64,000 bases of DNA, taken from assembly GCA_002104945.1 (NCBI GenBank), contig MCFH01000022.1, positions 496,001 to 560,000 of the forward strand, written 5' to 3'. How positions within the stretch are numbered: position 1 is the stretch's first letter; every line of letters begins with the position of its first letter. This document shows, one piece after another, positions 38,281 to 55,079 of the stretch. Position numbers and translations under genes: made by a program. Source of the stretch: Piromyces finnis finn (taxonomy: Eukaryota; Fungi; Neocallimastigomycota). A model generated the notes under the pieces. The model was not told where the DNA came from, did not search any database, and saw only the letters and a list, made by a program, of their open reading frames with translations.

Positions 38281-40111
38281 AATGGTAAAACTTTTAGTTC
38301 AAATTCATTGAAAAATAAATAAAAATTCTATGCGTATTCATCTCTTTGTACAACAAGTAATTACATTTTTCTTGTATGAAGAAAGGAATTAACAAAAGTT
38401 AATATACCACTTTCAAATGATGGTTAACTTTAATTAATATAAAAATGGAATTGCCAAAATAAATTTTTTTTTCTGAATGTCATTATAAAAAAAAAAACTT
38501 AATGAAGCAGTTAATGCTGATATGCCTAAATAGTAGCAATGGTAAAGAAACAGATGAAAAATATTTTTAAGTATTATTTATTTCTATTGAGCCTTTGTAC
38601 TAGTTTAACGTTCTCTTTTTTCAAAGATTATCATTTTATTAAAGCATTCATTTATTCATTAATAGCCTCCAATTTAAAAATTTTTTTATACAAAAACGTA
38701 TACATAATGTATATGAATATAATGTATTAGAATGGCTACAATTTTGAATAGGTGACATTTTTTTGAAAAACGTCAAGATTTGAAAAGAAAAAACGACAAT
38801 GCCATTATATATACTTTTCAGTATTCAAGTCATTAATAGTTCAACAATATATATAGTTTTTCTTTTTATGCTTATATATTAAATAACTAAAATTGACATC
38901 ATGATCATCAATTTAGAATATGAGAAATAGAATATATATATTTAATAATAATAGAGGTAAAAATCAAAAATTTTATGGTAAAATTGAAAGGGTGTAATAA
39001 AAGAAAAAGGGAGTAAAGAAATGAAATGTAAGTAAAATAAATTAATAATAATAATCAATAAGTATGATAATAAGGGTAAAATGAAAGGTCATATTAATTA
39101 ATAATAGGCATATTAATAATAACAATCAATAGTCATAGATCATCTCTTTCAATTCGTCTTTTTATTACTGGTAAAATAAATTAGTTATTATAAAATTTAC
39201 TTTAATGGTTGATGGTATTGGTTATCAGTAATCCTTTATAATTTTATGAATAATAATAGCAACCATTGAAAATTCATCTTTCTATCTTTATACTACATTG
39301 GTCCAAATTAAAATAAAAGGTTAATAAAAAAGAAATGAATAAACCATTATTGAATAGCTCATAGATTTCTTACTAAATCATTTACCTTTTTTCTTTCCTT
39401 TTCACAAAAAATCATTGAATAAAAATGGTCCTTTTTGTTTCTTTACAGAAATTCATTTTTTAATACGTAATTAGTGTATACATATTGAAATGTATTGTAT
39501 TTAAAAATTGAAGCTTTCATTTTCAAAAAAAGAAAATTAAAAAATATATAGATAATATATGAATTGATTTATTTTAATATATTATAGATTAATATTTTAT
39601 TTATGCTATTATATATTATTATGCTTGTTTTACTATTTATATTAAATATTAATAAAAAAATAAATTGCCATTTCCATAATTAAATTTTTTGTTTTTTTTT
39701 TATTTATTTATATGCCACTCATACTATTAATTTATTACTAATATACTGAAACTTATATATTAGAATAGTATTGTTAATATATATATGAATAGAAAGTTAT
39801 ATTTGAAATTTCTAATATTTCTGTATATGGGAGAAATGTTAAAAATTAAAATTTTAGTATTATATAAATATGAAAGATGGAATATATTGTATTATATTGT
39901 ATAATACTAATTATAATTTAATAATATATTTTATAATATATTAATATATACTTTAATTAAAAAGTTTGAAATTTTATTTTATAATACAAGAAAAATTGTA
40001 ACAATTTTATTTTTTTATTTTTCCTGGCTAATTTACAGCAGATGAATTCATTTTCCATAGGATAAAGATAAAATATAATGCTGAAAAGGTATTAATAATA
40101 TAATAAATGTA

Positions 40112-40115
<4 letters not shown>

Positions 40116-40152
<37 letters not shown>

Positions 40153-40682
40153 TTCCGAGTGCATTTCTCCCATCGATCAGAGTTAGCTCCAATGGTGGTT
40201 CTTAGAGAAACGTTGGCTCATTCCTATTGCTAGGTGGTTGTGACCCTCCTGGTCTGTCATACTGTTTCTTCAGCTTCGACGCTCACTTAATCCATGTACA
40301 TTAGATGCATGTCGTTGTACGATATTTCACAACTACAATGCTAAGCCTCTTATAGTCAATTTGATCACGTGTCAACCGCCCCCTAATGTTTACACTTAAA
40401 TTGATTAAGGAATATTATGTGTTTTTGGCATAGCCTAAGTCACCACTTATTAAGTTCTAATTTGGAATGTACCATGTACACTAGACCCTCTCAGGCCGGC
40501 TAGACGAGTGTTATTATCATAGTAGTAAATTAGAAAGTTCATTTATACTTACCTGAATATCATAACCCAACCCATGGCAAACCCAGTGGGAAAATCCACA
40601 GGCACTGACATCTGCGGGGTCGAACCAGAAGCCTTATGTATGCTAAGGAAACGCCTTAACAACCAGGATAAAAACTGGAACG
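40116..40682 (-). mobile_element. Candidate tRNA-Ala-derived SINE (567 bp) with poly(A) tail and 16-bp TSD
   Basis: Identical ATAATAAATGTACAAA at 40100-40115 and 40683-40698. T34 at 40116-40149. 5' head TATCCTGGTTGTTAAGGCGTTTCCTTAGCATACATAAGGCTTCTGGTTCGACCCCG carries box A/B-like motifs and an AGC anticodon loop. 40244-40284 matches LINE-B at 12452-12492 (35/41). Confidence 0.8.
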
Positions 40683-41495
40683 ATAATAAATGTACAAAAG
40701 TTAATGAAAATAGCTAAATACCATCGATTTAAACTTAATGGTTTATTTATAAATGTAGTAAAATAATGTTTTTAACCTTTTTTTTATTTTTTTGATAAAG
40801 AAAGTGAATCATCCATTTTTCCTCAATAGGATGATGTCATGTGTGAATCCTATGATATGTTATAAATGTATATTTTGAATAATTTATGTTTGATCAAATG
40901 TAGCCTTATTATGATCTATATAATTTAGAGTGATTATAGGTATTATGAATTATGAATAGAAAAAAAAGAAAAAGAAAAAGAAAAAGACTGTCTTTAATTG
41001 GCTTTTATCCGATAAATAATTGTATTTAACTTTCAATGACACTCAATTCCAAATGTTGTTGCCAAAGAACAAAAATTAAGATTTCTATAGGTTTTGTTGA
41101 TCTGTCAGAACATTCTTGATTTTTATTTTAAATCTTTTTTTTTTTTCTTGAATATTGACTATTGTTGGTCAATAACCAACAAAAGTCATAATTGTTTTGT
41201 AGTAATCATTAAAAATATAGAGATCCACTTCCTCTAGTTTACTATTGATAGGATTTCTTCTAATATGCTTATTATTAAAACTTGATTCCTCATTTAAAAA
41301 CCAATTAATGAGTGTGTCTATTGAGAAATGTCTTGATGCCTACTCTTTGCTATAAAAAAAAAAAAAAAAACATATTTAAATTGATTCAACTTTACCAATA
41401 TTTTTTTATCCAACTTTATTTTTTTTTTTAACGTTAATCACAATTTTTTTAAAAAAAAAAATTACTTTTTAAACAAAAAAAAAATAACATAAAGA

Positions 41496-42100
41496 TTTTT
41501 TTGTTTTTGTTTTTGTTTTATTTGCTTGTTTTTAGACTAGGAAGAGAATACACTTTTTGTATTTATTTAATTTGTGATTTTACATTATATTTGTTTATAA
41601 TACCTATTGATATAATAAATAAAAATAATAAAAATATATATAAAAGATATAAATATATAATAATAAAGTTGCATAAAAAGTTTAATGAACTATACAATTT
41701 TGTATTGTGTGGGCCTAAATAAATTAAATGAAATAAAAATGAAAAATAACATTAGATAGAAAGTCCACTAAAACTCTCCCATGAATTCATCATATGTTTT
41801 CAATTCAAAGAAATAGTAGCATTGAATTCTATATACGAAACATTTGGAATGTTTCTTTGCCATATCGGTAACAACATCGACGTTCTTACCTACATTAGGT
41901 ATCTTATTATACCTATCAAAAAAAAAAAAAAAGGTATTAAACTTCTAATAATATGAATTGTTTTAGCAAGAAAAGCCGCAAAACCCTCTATAAATAGAAT
42001 ATGAGGGTCCCCGATAAACTGTAAAAGTTGTTCATTCAAATGTCTTTGATCTGACTTATTGACTTGTAGCTAAAATTCCGCCAAGAAGGAACATAAAGGA
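41496..42100 (-). mobile_element. 5'-truncated LINE family A copy
   Basis: Same 3' terminus and T-rich tail as the copies at 11369 and 42113; more diverged. Confidence 0.72.
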
Positions 42101-42112
42101 ATGCTAATAGGA

Positions 42113-43225
42113 TTTTTTTTAGACTAAAAAGAGAATACACATCTTTTATTTATTTATTTAATTTGTGAAATAACACAATATTAGGTGATAATACATATTG
42201 ATATACTAAATAATAAGTAAAATATATATAAATAAAAATATAAATATAAAAAAATATAAAATAATTATTTAAGTTGTATAAAAGTTCAATGAACTCTGCA
42301 ATTTGTACTGTGTGGGATTGGTCCCTACCTAATAAATTAAATGAAATAAAAAAAAAAAAGAAGTAACATCAGGTATGATAGTGTGGTGTCCACTAAACTC
42401 TCCCATGAGTTCATAATGTTTTCATTCGAATTTGAGGAAATACTAATTATTGAACCCTGTGTACGGAACATTAGGAATGTTCCTTTGCCATATCGGTACG
42501 ACGTCGGCGCTCTTGATTACGTTAGGTGTCTTACTAAACCTATCAAAAAGTAGCCTCATAAAACTACTAATGATAGGGATTGTTTTAGTAAGAAAAGCCG
42601 CAAGACCCTCTACCTATGGAACATGAGACCACGATGAACTGTAAAGTTGTTCATTCAAATGTCTTTGTTCCGCCTTATCGATTTGTAGCACATCATAAGC
42701 TAAAGTTCCACCAAGAAGGAACGTTATCGAATACGAATAATCCAGGTAATTCCTAAAATTTAAGTGAGGTTTGTTGAGACCGATATACATTAGACGATTT
42801 GAATTAAGGAATTTGTTGTTAGTATATCTGAGGGCTTTACTTCCATTATTTAGGCTGCTATTATTCCAATAATATTCTCTAATATCTTTAGTACTTTTAA
42901 TATTTATTTTCATAAGCTTCTTATGAAGTGAACAAGATTCTTTGGCCCAAGAGTAATGAGACATGGGAGGAATAGATCGGATGAGATCTTTAATAATACA
43001 ATTTGATTTTCTCCATTTAACAAAGCATTTCACTTGTTGCGCAGCATAAATACCTGAAAGGGTAGGAATCTTCACATCTCTTGTAAAAGTATACAGACTA
43101 ATAAATGAATTTCGCTCAAAAACAAAATCTTTGTTATTAAGACTTTTATTGTGAAAGCTATTGACACTCCATAAAACAGCAGTATTGATAAGAGATTGGA
43201 CTCTTCTAGTTCTATTTTTGTAAAT
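42113..43225 (-). mobile_element. Longer LINE family A copy (ORF2 C-terminal part, CCHC region deleted, premature TAG)
   Basis: ORF 42614-43306 continues past TAG as VEGLAAFLTKTIP...; the copy at 11.8 kb has a Tyr codon at this position. T8 tail at 42113-42120. Confidence 0.78.
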
Positions 43226-43385
43226 TGTAATTGATACTGTTAAAACTTCTTCCCCCAAGAAGGAATTTAAATATTTTACTGCACACACCAGAATAATTAT
43301 ACACATTAATATTCACCCGCCGATTATTAAACCTATTAACTAAATTACTATCTAAATTAGAATTATTACCATCATTATTGCGCAA
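43226..43385 (-). mobile_element. LINE family B internal fragment fused to the family A copy
   Basis: Matches 26930-27080 in reverse orientation (NSNLDSNLVN..VNINVYNYSGVCSKIFKFLLGGRSF). Confidence 0.7.
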
Positions 43386-43853
43386 AACACTTCCCATTCT
43401 TTTTACAACACTATAATAATACACTTTTATAATTTTTATATTAAAATAATGATGATTTATATTTTCTTTATTAATAAATAAATAATTGTATGATGGATCA
43501 TTTAGAGTAAAAGATTTGAAAATTAAAAAAATTTATTATTTTATAAATAAATAATAGATCGTTTGAAATGAAATCAAAAATTAAAAAAAAAAAAGTCTAT
43601 CATTTATCCCTTCATGATAGAGTCTAATTAAATTAAAAGTGAATAAAATATGTATAGTAGTAGTTTCTATAATATGATAATATTCTTGTTTCTATTTTAA
43701 AATAAATAATGATGAAATAAATTATACTGATATGTTACAAAGATATGATTGGGAGGATAACGCTAATAATAATAGGAAAAATACACCTTTTTTTATCGAC
43801 TTAAATATATGTACAAAATTTTTATATTCCTTATTTTAAAAATATATTTAAAT

Positions 43854-46318
43854 CTATTTTCTACTGTGCTTTTTATCAATACTAATATTGTTTTGTAATT
43901 TCTTGGTTAAAGCTCTGTTAGATACTGGTTTAACCTTATTACGGTTCTTATTCTTAACATTAGCATATTCATAGTAATGCTCTCCTATCTTTCTTTTATT
44001 GGTGGTAAGTCTTGGAGCCTTTTCTTGTTTCTTATACTTGCTTTCACGAACACGAACTTCAAATTCTTGATCCTTTTCTTGTTCAACAAAACCAACCTTC
44101 ATCTTTCTTCTCTTGGCTCTCTTTTTATCTTCAACATCTTCTTGTGGTTCTTCTTCTATTTCGTTGATCTCTTCTTCCTTAGTTTCTCCTTCTTCCTCAC
44201 CTTCAATTACTGGGGCCTTTACTTCAATTTCTTCTTCTCCAACAACCGTTCCGAATACTTCATCCCAATCAGTAACATTTTCATCCTTCTTTTCTTCTTC
44301 TTCTTCATCTTCGGAAATGGCATTTACTTCTTCTTCTTCTTGTTGTTCAACAGTCTTTGGCTTATCTTCCATTAAATCTTCTTCAGTAGCTTCTTCACCC
44401 TTTAAATCCATAGCAGTGAAATTAGCAGCAACTGGAATCTTACTAAAGATTTGTTCTACAGTATTCTTGGATTCCTTTAATTTATCTTCATCAACTTCTG
44501 GTGGTGGAACAAAGAATGGAATTTGACCTCTTAACCAATCATTTAAGATCATCTTTGAAATGATGTGTAAATCAGCTTCACCACCTCTTAATAATTTACC
44601 GTATTTCTTTGCAACCTTTTCAAGGAATTCAATGTGATCATTCCAATCTTCACAATCGACTTCATAAGTTCTCTTAAGGTATTCTCTCTTAACTCTGTTC
44701 ATTAAAGCGGGTATATGATCTTCTGGATTTTTAATGTTTTCAACACGGACTACACCTTTAAGAATAATGTCACTATCGGTATCTTCTGGTGATGGGTATA
44801 CAATTCCAGGGCAATCGATTAAATAAATTCTTTTCATTAAAGTAATATATTGCCAAATTTTGGTTTCACCAGGTACTGGAGCAACATTACAAACCTTCTT
44901 TTTTCTTAAAGTGTTAATAATAGAGGATTTACCAGTATTTGGATAACCAATAAATCCAACACTGATTTGCTTTTTATCAGAATGTAATTTACTGAATTGT
45001 CTCAAGAGTTGAATGAGAGAACCCTTACCGAACGAATTATTAATACTAGCATGGAATGCTAAAGTTGGATGTTCTTGTGAAAGAATTCTTACCCATTTAG
45101 CCTATTAATATTTATTAAAATATAGAAAATATTAGTATCATTATTTTCTTTTTCAATAATAATGATTTTTTTAAATTAATAATAAAATGTATGCTTCAAA
45201 CACTAAGAAATATATTATGGTAATTATTAAATATAATAAAATTATATTTAATGATTATATTTCAACTCTCACGAAGCGGGACACTCAATTTAGAAAAACT
45301 CAAAACGAGTTTATTTTCAGATTAGAGTGTCTTATTCTTCCATTTTTGTAACACATAATATTTATGGTTCACTGATACAATATCCTTTTTAAAAAAGAAT
45401 TATTGTCTCATAAGTGAAAAATATCATACTGACTTAAAAATGGGTCCATTTTTACTATACTATTCTAAATATATAATTGAGTATACTAAATAAAAGATAT
45501 TTAAATAAATATAAACTTACAGTAACCCAAGTTGGAACTAAATCACACTTGTTTAAAACAAAAATTAAATGTTTATGTTTAGCTTCCTTTTCAAGGTAAA
45601 CTTCAACGTTTTTACAACGAGTACCGAGAGGATCTCTGGCATCTAAAACGTGAATAACAACATCTGAGGAATCAATAACCTTGTAAAGTTCATTCCAAAT
45701 TCTCTTGGATTGACCCTTTAAAAAGATTGGATCTCTGGCTTCTTCAATAGAATCTAAGTGTTTCTTAGCCATTAAAGAAGGATCCTTGTTCATATCATAA
45801 CTAACTAAAGAGTTATCAACATGACTAGCTAATTCTTCAATACTTCCGTAAGATAACTTTGCTCTCTTTCTTTGGGCCTTTGGACCAAAAGTATTTGTGA
45901 AAGTTTCAGTTTCTAACATATGCATTTTTGAATTTTTTTGTTGGTCGTAAATTAAACTAAGAGGTAATTTATTTTGATTTAAAATAAATTGATATGGATC
46001 ATTTTGTTTTTCAGCCATAGCTGTACGGAAAGCTTCTAGATTCTTTTGAGAAATAGTTCTAGTATTTTCAAACCATTTTCTATTTGGAGCAACCCTAGCA
46101 ACGGTACCAGAAGGTAATTTAGATTGAAAAGCAGCTTCCTTGATAATATTTCCATCTCTATCTCTTTTAGCCTTACCACTAGTAAGCATATTTAATCTTT
46201 TGACTTTCTTTGCATCTCTGTAAAAGTTTACACCTTTAACCTTTGTAATGTTAGATATAGATGGACCAGTTGCTGCCTTTTTGCTAGCAGCAACCTTTTC
46301 TTTCTTATTAACACCCAT
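43854..46318 (-). CDS. NOG2: Nucleolar GTPase Nog2/GNL2 (about 681 aa); exons 46318..45521 and 45101..43854
   Basis: NGP1NT N-terminus ([13 protein letters not shown]), [34 protein letters not shown]. Phase-0 intron GTAAGT(45520)..TAG(45102) joins PTWVT|AKWVRILS. Confidence 0.96.
45185..45448 (-). ncRNA. snR191: Intronic box H/ACA snoRNA, snR191/U19 (SNORA74)-like
   Basis: Hairpin 1: CCATTTTT/AAAAATGG stem with pocket AAGTCA/GTTAC, then H box AGAATA 14 nt later. Middle hairpin GACACTC/GAGTGTC. Hairpin 3: GCTTC/GAAGC stem with pocket GAGAGT/TAGT, then ACA 15 nt later. Pockets pair with LSU rRNA GUAACUAUGACUCUC. Confidence 0.88.
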
Positions 46319-48322
46319 GTGTGTTAATTATATATTTAAATTAAAAATATCAAAAATTTAAAATAAAAATAAAGATAGTTTTAAAAAAAAAAAACTCTTT
46401 ACTTTAATAAAAATGAAAAAAGGGTACTTTTTATATAATTTTAAGAGTAATAATCTGCTTAAAATTATATAGTATTATTTTTTTTAATTTAAAGAACTTT
46501 TATCAAAACACTTAATTTAAATAACTAAAATTAATAAAAAAAAAAAAAAAAAAAACATTAAAATTTTAATCCAATCAACTAATTTTTAAATTTTAATTGG
46601 ATCTTTTTTTAAAAATTTCTATTTAAATATAAAAACAATGTATCATAAATAAACCAATAATCAGATATTATTTTATCATGTATCATTAATGTAATGTATT
46701 ATTAATGTAATTAAACTTTTAAAGAAATTCAAGATGAAGAGGAAAGAAGGGAACGTTTGATTCCTTATTGATTAACTAATTTTTAGTAATGCTTCTTTCT
46801 TTAGTACATCATATTAGAATCCTTTTAATTTAGATTAAAACTTTAAATAAAGAAAGTAACAACATCCATAATTAAAAAGAAACAAGATATTTTAATAGGA
46901 ATTTAAAGGAATCTACCTTATAGTAAAAAAAGAAAAAGTTTGGCTTGTTTTAACATTAAAATTATTACTTTGATTAGGAATAATTATTAAAATAGTAAAA
47001 TTTAAAGTTGAAATGAAAAAGCAATCAAGCAATTTTAGTTATTTATTAATATTAATAATTATTTATTCATTTATTTATTATTTTATTTATTTACTTTAAT
47101 AATTATTAATTCATTTAATTAAGTTATTATTTATTTATCCACATATATTAATAATTACTTTAAAGAAAAGAATAAAAGTACTACATCAATTATAATTCTT
47201 TTAAGCTTTTATTATAATATTCCAAAAAAAAAAAAAAAAAAAAATAAATAATAATATTAGTAAAACGACAATTAACGCCAATTGAATTTTAAGCATAATT
47301 ATTATGGTTAACTTTTTTTTTATTATTATCAAGTTTAATATTACTTTTTTTTAAAAAAAATAAAGTTGAACAAAGTTTTCGATATTGATATTTTTATAAT
47401 ATTATTTAACATTTTTTTTAAAAAAAAAAAAAAAAAAGTATTAACTACCCTCTCTTTTAAAAATAGATTAAAAGTAAAGAAATAATAAAGGAAACTACAT
47501 AGAAATCATTATATTTATACTTGAACTATTAAGTTTTAATTTGTGGAATTGAACTTTTAAGAGAATAAGAATTATTAATTATTGAAAAGATTATAGAATT
47601 ACTATTAATATCCATTAATATTTCTTTTTTTTTAAAAAAAAAAAAAACTATCCTTATTATTAATAAATAACAGTTCATTTTAATATGTTTATAAATGTAA
47701 TTAATTAATTTTTAACTGTTATCTTTTGTATTGTATTTTAAAAACATTTAGTAAAGTCTACTTATTTAACTAATTTCCATATGAACTGGAATAAATAATA
47801 ATAAATGTTAAAAATATATATATATTTTTTTATAATAAAAAAGTTATCTTCCCAATATCTTTTATTGGAATTGTAATGATGACAAATAAATAGAAAAAAA
47901 GTTGGATTTAAAAGTTGAATTTTATGTGAAATACCTATTCATATTTAATAAAACGATTAAAAAAGGTTTCTTTATTTCATTAACAAATATCAAATAATCC
48001 TTTGAATGTTTTTCCTTTTTTTATTATTTAAAATTTTGTGTTACCTTTTATTAATAAAATATAAATATAAAATAAAAATAAAAAAAAAAAACGTTTTATA
48101 TATATATATATATATCTTTTGTAAATACATTTAAAATTCGATTGAAATTAGAAATTTAAAAGAAATTACATGAGAATGAAAATTTAAAAATATTATATAA
48201 ATTATATTTTTTGAAAGAAAGAAAACTATAAAATTTTCAATATATATATATATATAGATAGATAGATATTATAAATTCCCCTATTAAAAGCTGAAAATAA
48301 AAAAAAAAAATAAAAAATAAAT

Positions 48323-50308
48323 ATGGACCATAAAAATTCTCAAAAAAATTTAAAAAGAAAATTAGATGATGATAAAGATAATAAAAATTATAATGAAGAA
48401 AAAAAAGGGAAGGAAGAAGAAAAACAAGAAAAGGATAAAAATAATTTAATTATAGATTTATATTCTATATCTGGAAAAAAAAGGCGAGTTAACTTAAGTA
48501 AACCTTTTTTTGGTAGTTGTAACAATGTTGATATGTATAAAAAAATAAGTAGAATTGGAGAAGGAACTTATGGAATTGGTAATGTAGTAAAAAATAAAAG
48601 AAATATATATATATATATTTAGAAAAAGTGATAAAAGAGTGAATAATGATTTCACATATTTAATTTTCAGAAAATAAAATTTAAAAAAAAATAATAATAA
48701 TAAAAATATATACACTATAAAATAAAAAGAATATTTATGGTTAATAACATTCTTATATTCTATATATTTTTTATATTTCATATAAAAAAAATAGTTTATA
48801 GTGCAAGAAATAAAGAAACTAATGAAATAGTAGCCTTAAAAAAAATAAGAATGGAAAAAGAAAAGGATGGACTTCCCATTTCAAGTTTAAGAGAAATTGC
48901 ACTTTTAAAAAGTTTACAACATGAAAATATTATTAATGTAAAAGACGTAGTTGTTGGAGGAGCAGGACTTCATAATATATTTATTGTTATGGAATATTGT
49001 AAACAAGTTAGTAAAAAAAAAAAAAAAAATAAGAAAAAGAAGAATAAGAAATATATTTAAAATAAAATTTTTAAAATTTCAAATAAATCTGAATTATTCA
49101 TTATGGATATTAACAATTATGATAAATAATTATTCAAATATATAATAAAAGGATTTAGCCTATATGATGGATAATTTAAAATCACATTTTTCTTTTTCAG
49201 AAAGTAATAATAATAATGATAAAATATACATAATTAATTTACAAAATCTATTTAAATATATATTATTCAAAAAATTAAAATACATTTTTATTCTTTAATA
49301 TTTCTATTCAAAAAAAGTCAAATGTATTATGCTTCAGTTACTGAGAGGAATTCAATATCTTCATAAACATTTTATTATTCACAGGTATATTTCAATTTCA
49401 AATGTAAAATTTCAAAATCTTTTAAAAAAAAAATTTTTTTTTTTTATTATATATTCACTCTGTCTTTTATTATATATTCAATCTTTTTTGTTTTTTACTC
49501 TATTTAAAAAAATAAGAGATCTTAAATTATCCAATTTATTAATAACGTCCAAGGGTATTTTAAAAATAGGTAAAAAATACTAATAATAAATAATTTATTA
49601 TGATGTTGATTATTATTAATGAATAAATTTAAAAAAAAAAAATTTAGCTGATTTTGGGTTAGCAAAATCATGTGGTGATCCACCTGCACCAATGACACCT
49701 AATGTGGTTACCCTCTGGTATCGTTCACCAGAATTATTATTAGGTGAAAAGAATTATTCTTTTGCTGTAGATATGTGGTAATTTTTTTTTTTTTTAGATG
49801 GGAAAGGAATCATCTTGTATAAATTATTTATTTTAAAAAACCTTTTTTTTTCTCCATTTATATATAATTTTTATCTTTCCATATATGTATGTATGTATGT
49901 GTATTAATATCTAAATATCTACACCATAGGTCAGTAGGTTGTATTTTTGGAGAATTATTAAAACATCGACCAATTATGCCAGGGAATACAGAAATGAATC
50001 AATTACAAAAGATTTTTGAACTTATCGGGGTACCGAATCCAAAAATATGGAGTGGATTTGACAAATTACCTTTAGCAAGAAGTGTACGATTTCCAGCTCA
50101 AAAATTTAATCAATTAAAAATTGAGTTTCCACATGTTTCTGATAATGCCATTGATTTATTAAACGGATTGCTCACCTATGATCCACAAAAACGATTTACG
50201 GTCAATCAAGCCATTCATCATAAATATTTCAAAGAAAGTCCCTGGCCAAAACCTCCAGAACAATTATTAGAAGATCATCAGTATCATTCTTCCAATAATA
50301 AAAGGTAA
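48323..50308 (+). CDS. CDK10: CDK10/CDK11-like kinase; join(48323..48578,48795..49006,49152..49203,49318..49384,49517..49569,49648..49777,49930..50308)
   Basis: [49 protein letters not shown]. All six introns are GT..AG and keep frame. Confidence 0.88.
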
Positions 50309-50623
50309 AAAAAAAAAAAAAAAAAAAAAAAACAGATAAGATAATATATATAATAATATCTAATTTTTTATTTTTTTTTAAAAAAAAAGACTTTTCCACC
50401 AAGAAGAATATTATAATCGACAACAACAACAACAACAACGTTTAAAAGAAATGGAAAATAATCAATATTATTCTAGTGAAAAGATGTTGGCTGCTCCACC
50501 TCATCAAGTATTTAAATTTGATTAAAAAAAAAAAAAAGACTTTATACCACAAAAGAATTTAAAAAAAAAAAAAAGAAAAAAATCAAAAATACACATATTT
50601 ATACCCAATGAACAGAACAAAAA

Positions 50624-50654
<31 letters not shown>

Positions 50655-51517
50655 CATCAAGTTGAGAATTATAATATTTTTTTTATTGACTAATTAATTT
50701 ATTATTATTATTATATATACATTTTATTTATTTAAAAAAAAAAAAAAAAGTTGTTTCTTTTTTAATTTTTTTTTTTTTTTGTGTTGTAGTCCTACAAATA
50801 ATGGTTTTGTTTTGTTGTTATTTTATATATTAATAAAAAGAAAAAAAAAAAATTAATTTCTTTATTTTTTTTTTTTTACTTTCTCTTATACCATTACAAT
50901 TATTTCTAATTTCCTTTTTTCTCTTTTAAAAATAAAATTTATTCAAATTCTATAAAAAAAAAAAAATAAAGAGGTAAACTAGAATGAAATAAAAATGGTT
51001 CATTTTTAAAAGAAAGAAATACTAAAAGGTTTAGAGTTTTTTAAAAAAAAAATTGAAATCTCTCCTATACATTTTCTTTTATTAAAAAAAAAAATAAAAT
51101 TTAATAACTTTCTATAGAGTAAAAAAAAAAATGAATTCTTTTGTAAAAACAAAAATATAAAAGTAAAAATTGATATAGTGTGTGTGTGGATGGAATGTTT
51201 TTTTTTTTTTTTTTTTTGTATTTTGGGAATCTAATAAATGATAAATGTATATAATAAACTATTTAATATTTGGATTTTTTTTTTTTATTGCTTTTTTTTT
51301 TTTTTTGTATTTCTAAAAAAAAAAAAATATTTTTATTCAAATAAAATAAAATTATAGGTTTTATATTATATAATACTCTCTATATATTTTCTCTTTTTCT
51401 TTTAATTCTGTGATTAGTGTTAATTTTTTTTAATCATTTTTACAAACTTTTTTTCATTTAGATTTTATTTTTCTTTTTTTTTTTTTTACTATATTTCTTT
51501 TCTTGAGGAAATTAAGT

Positions 51518-55079
<3,562 letters not shown>

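Noticed and set aside
38700-39450. Coding-like, slightly less AT-rich stretch (also about 41030-41350 and 22200-22500)
   Set aside because: No sustained ORF or recognisable motif in any frame by eye. May be old transposon debris; needs TBLASTX or a RepeatMasker library to decide.
40600-40680. Functional tRNA-Ala(AGC) gene
   Set aside because: Anticodon stem (TTTCC/ACATA) and acceptor stem do not pair; it sits at the exact 5' boundary of a TSD-flanked insert, so it is treated as a SINE head.
43977-44526. Plus-strand ORFs overlapping NOG2
   Set aside because: Antisense shadows of the acidic NOG2 C-terminal region.
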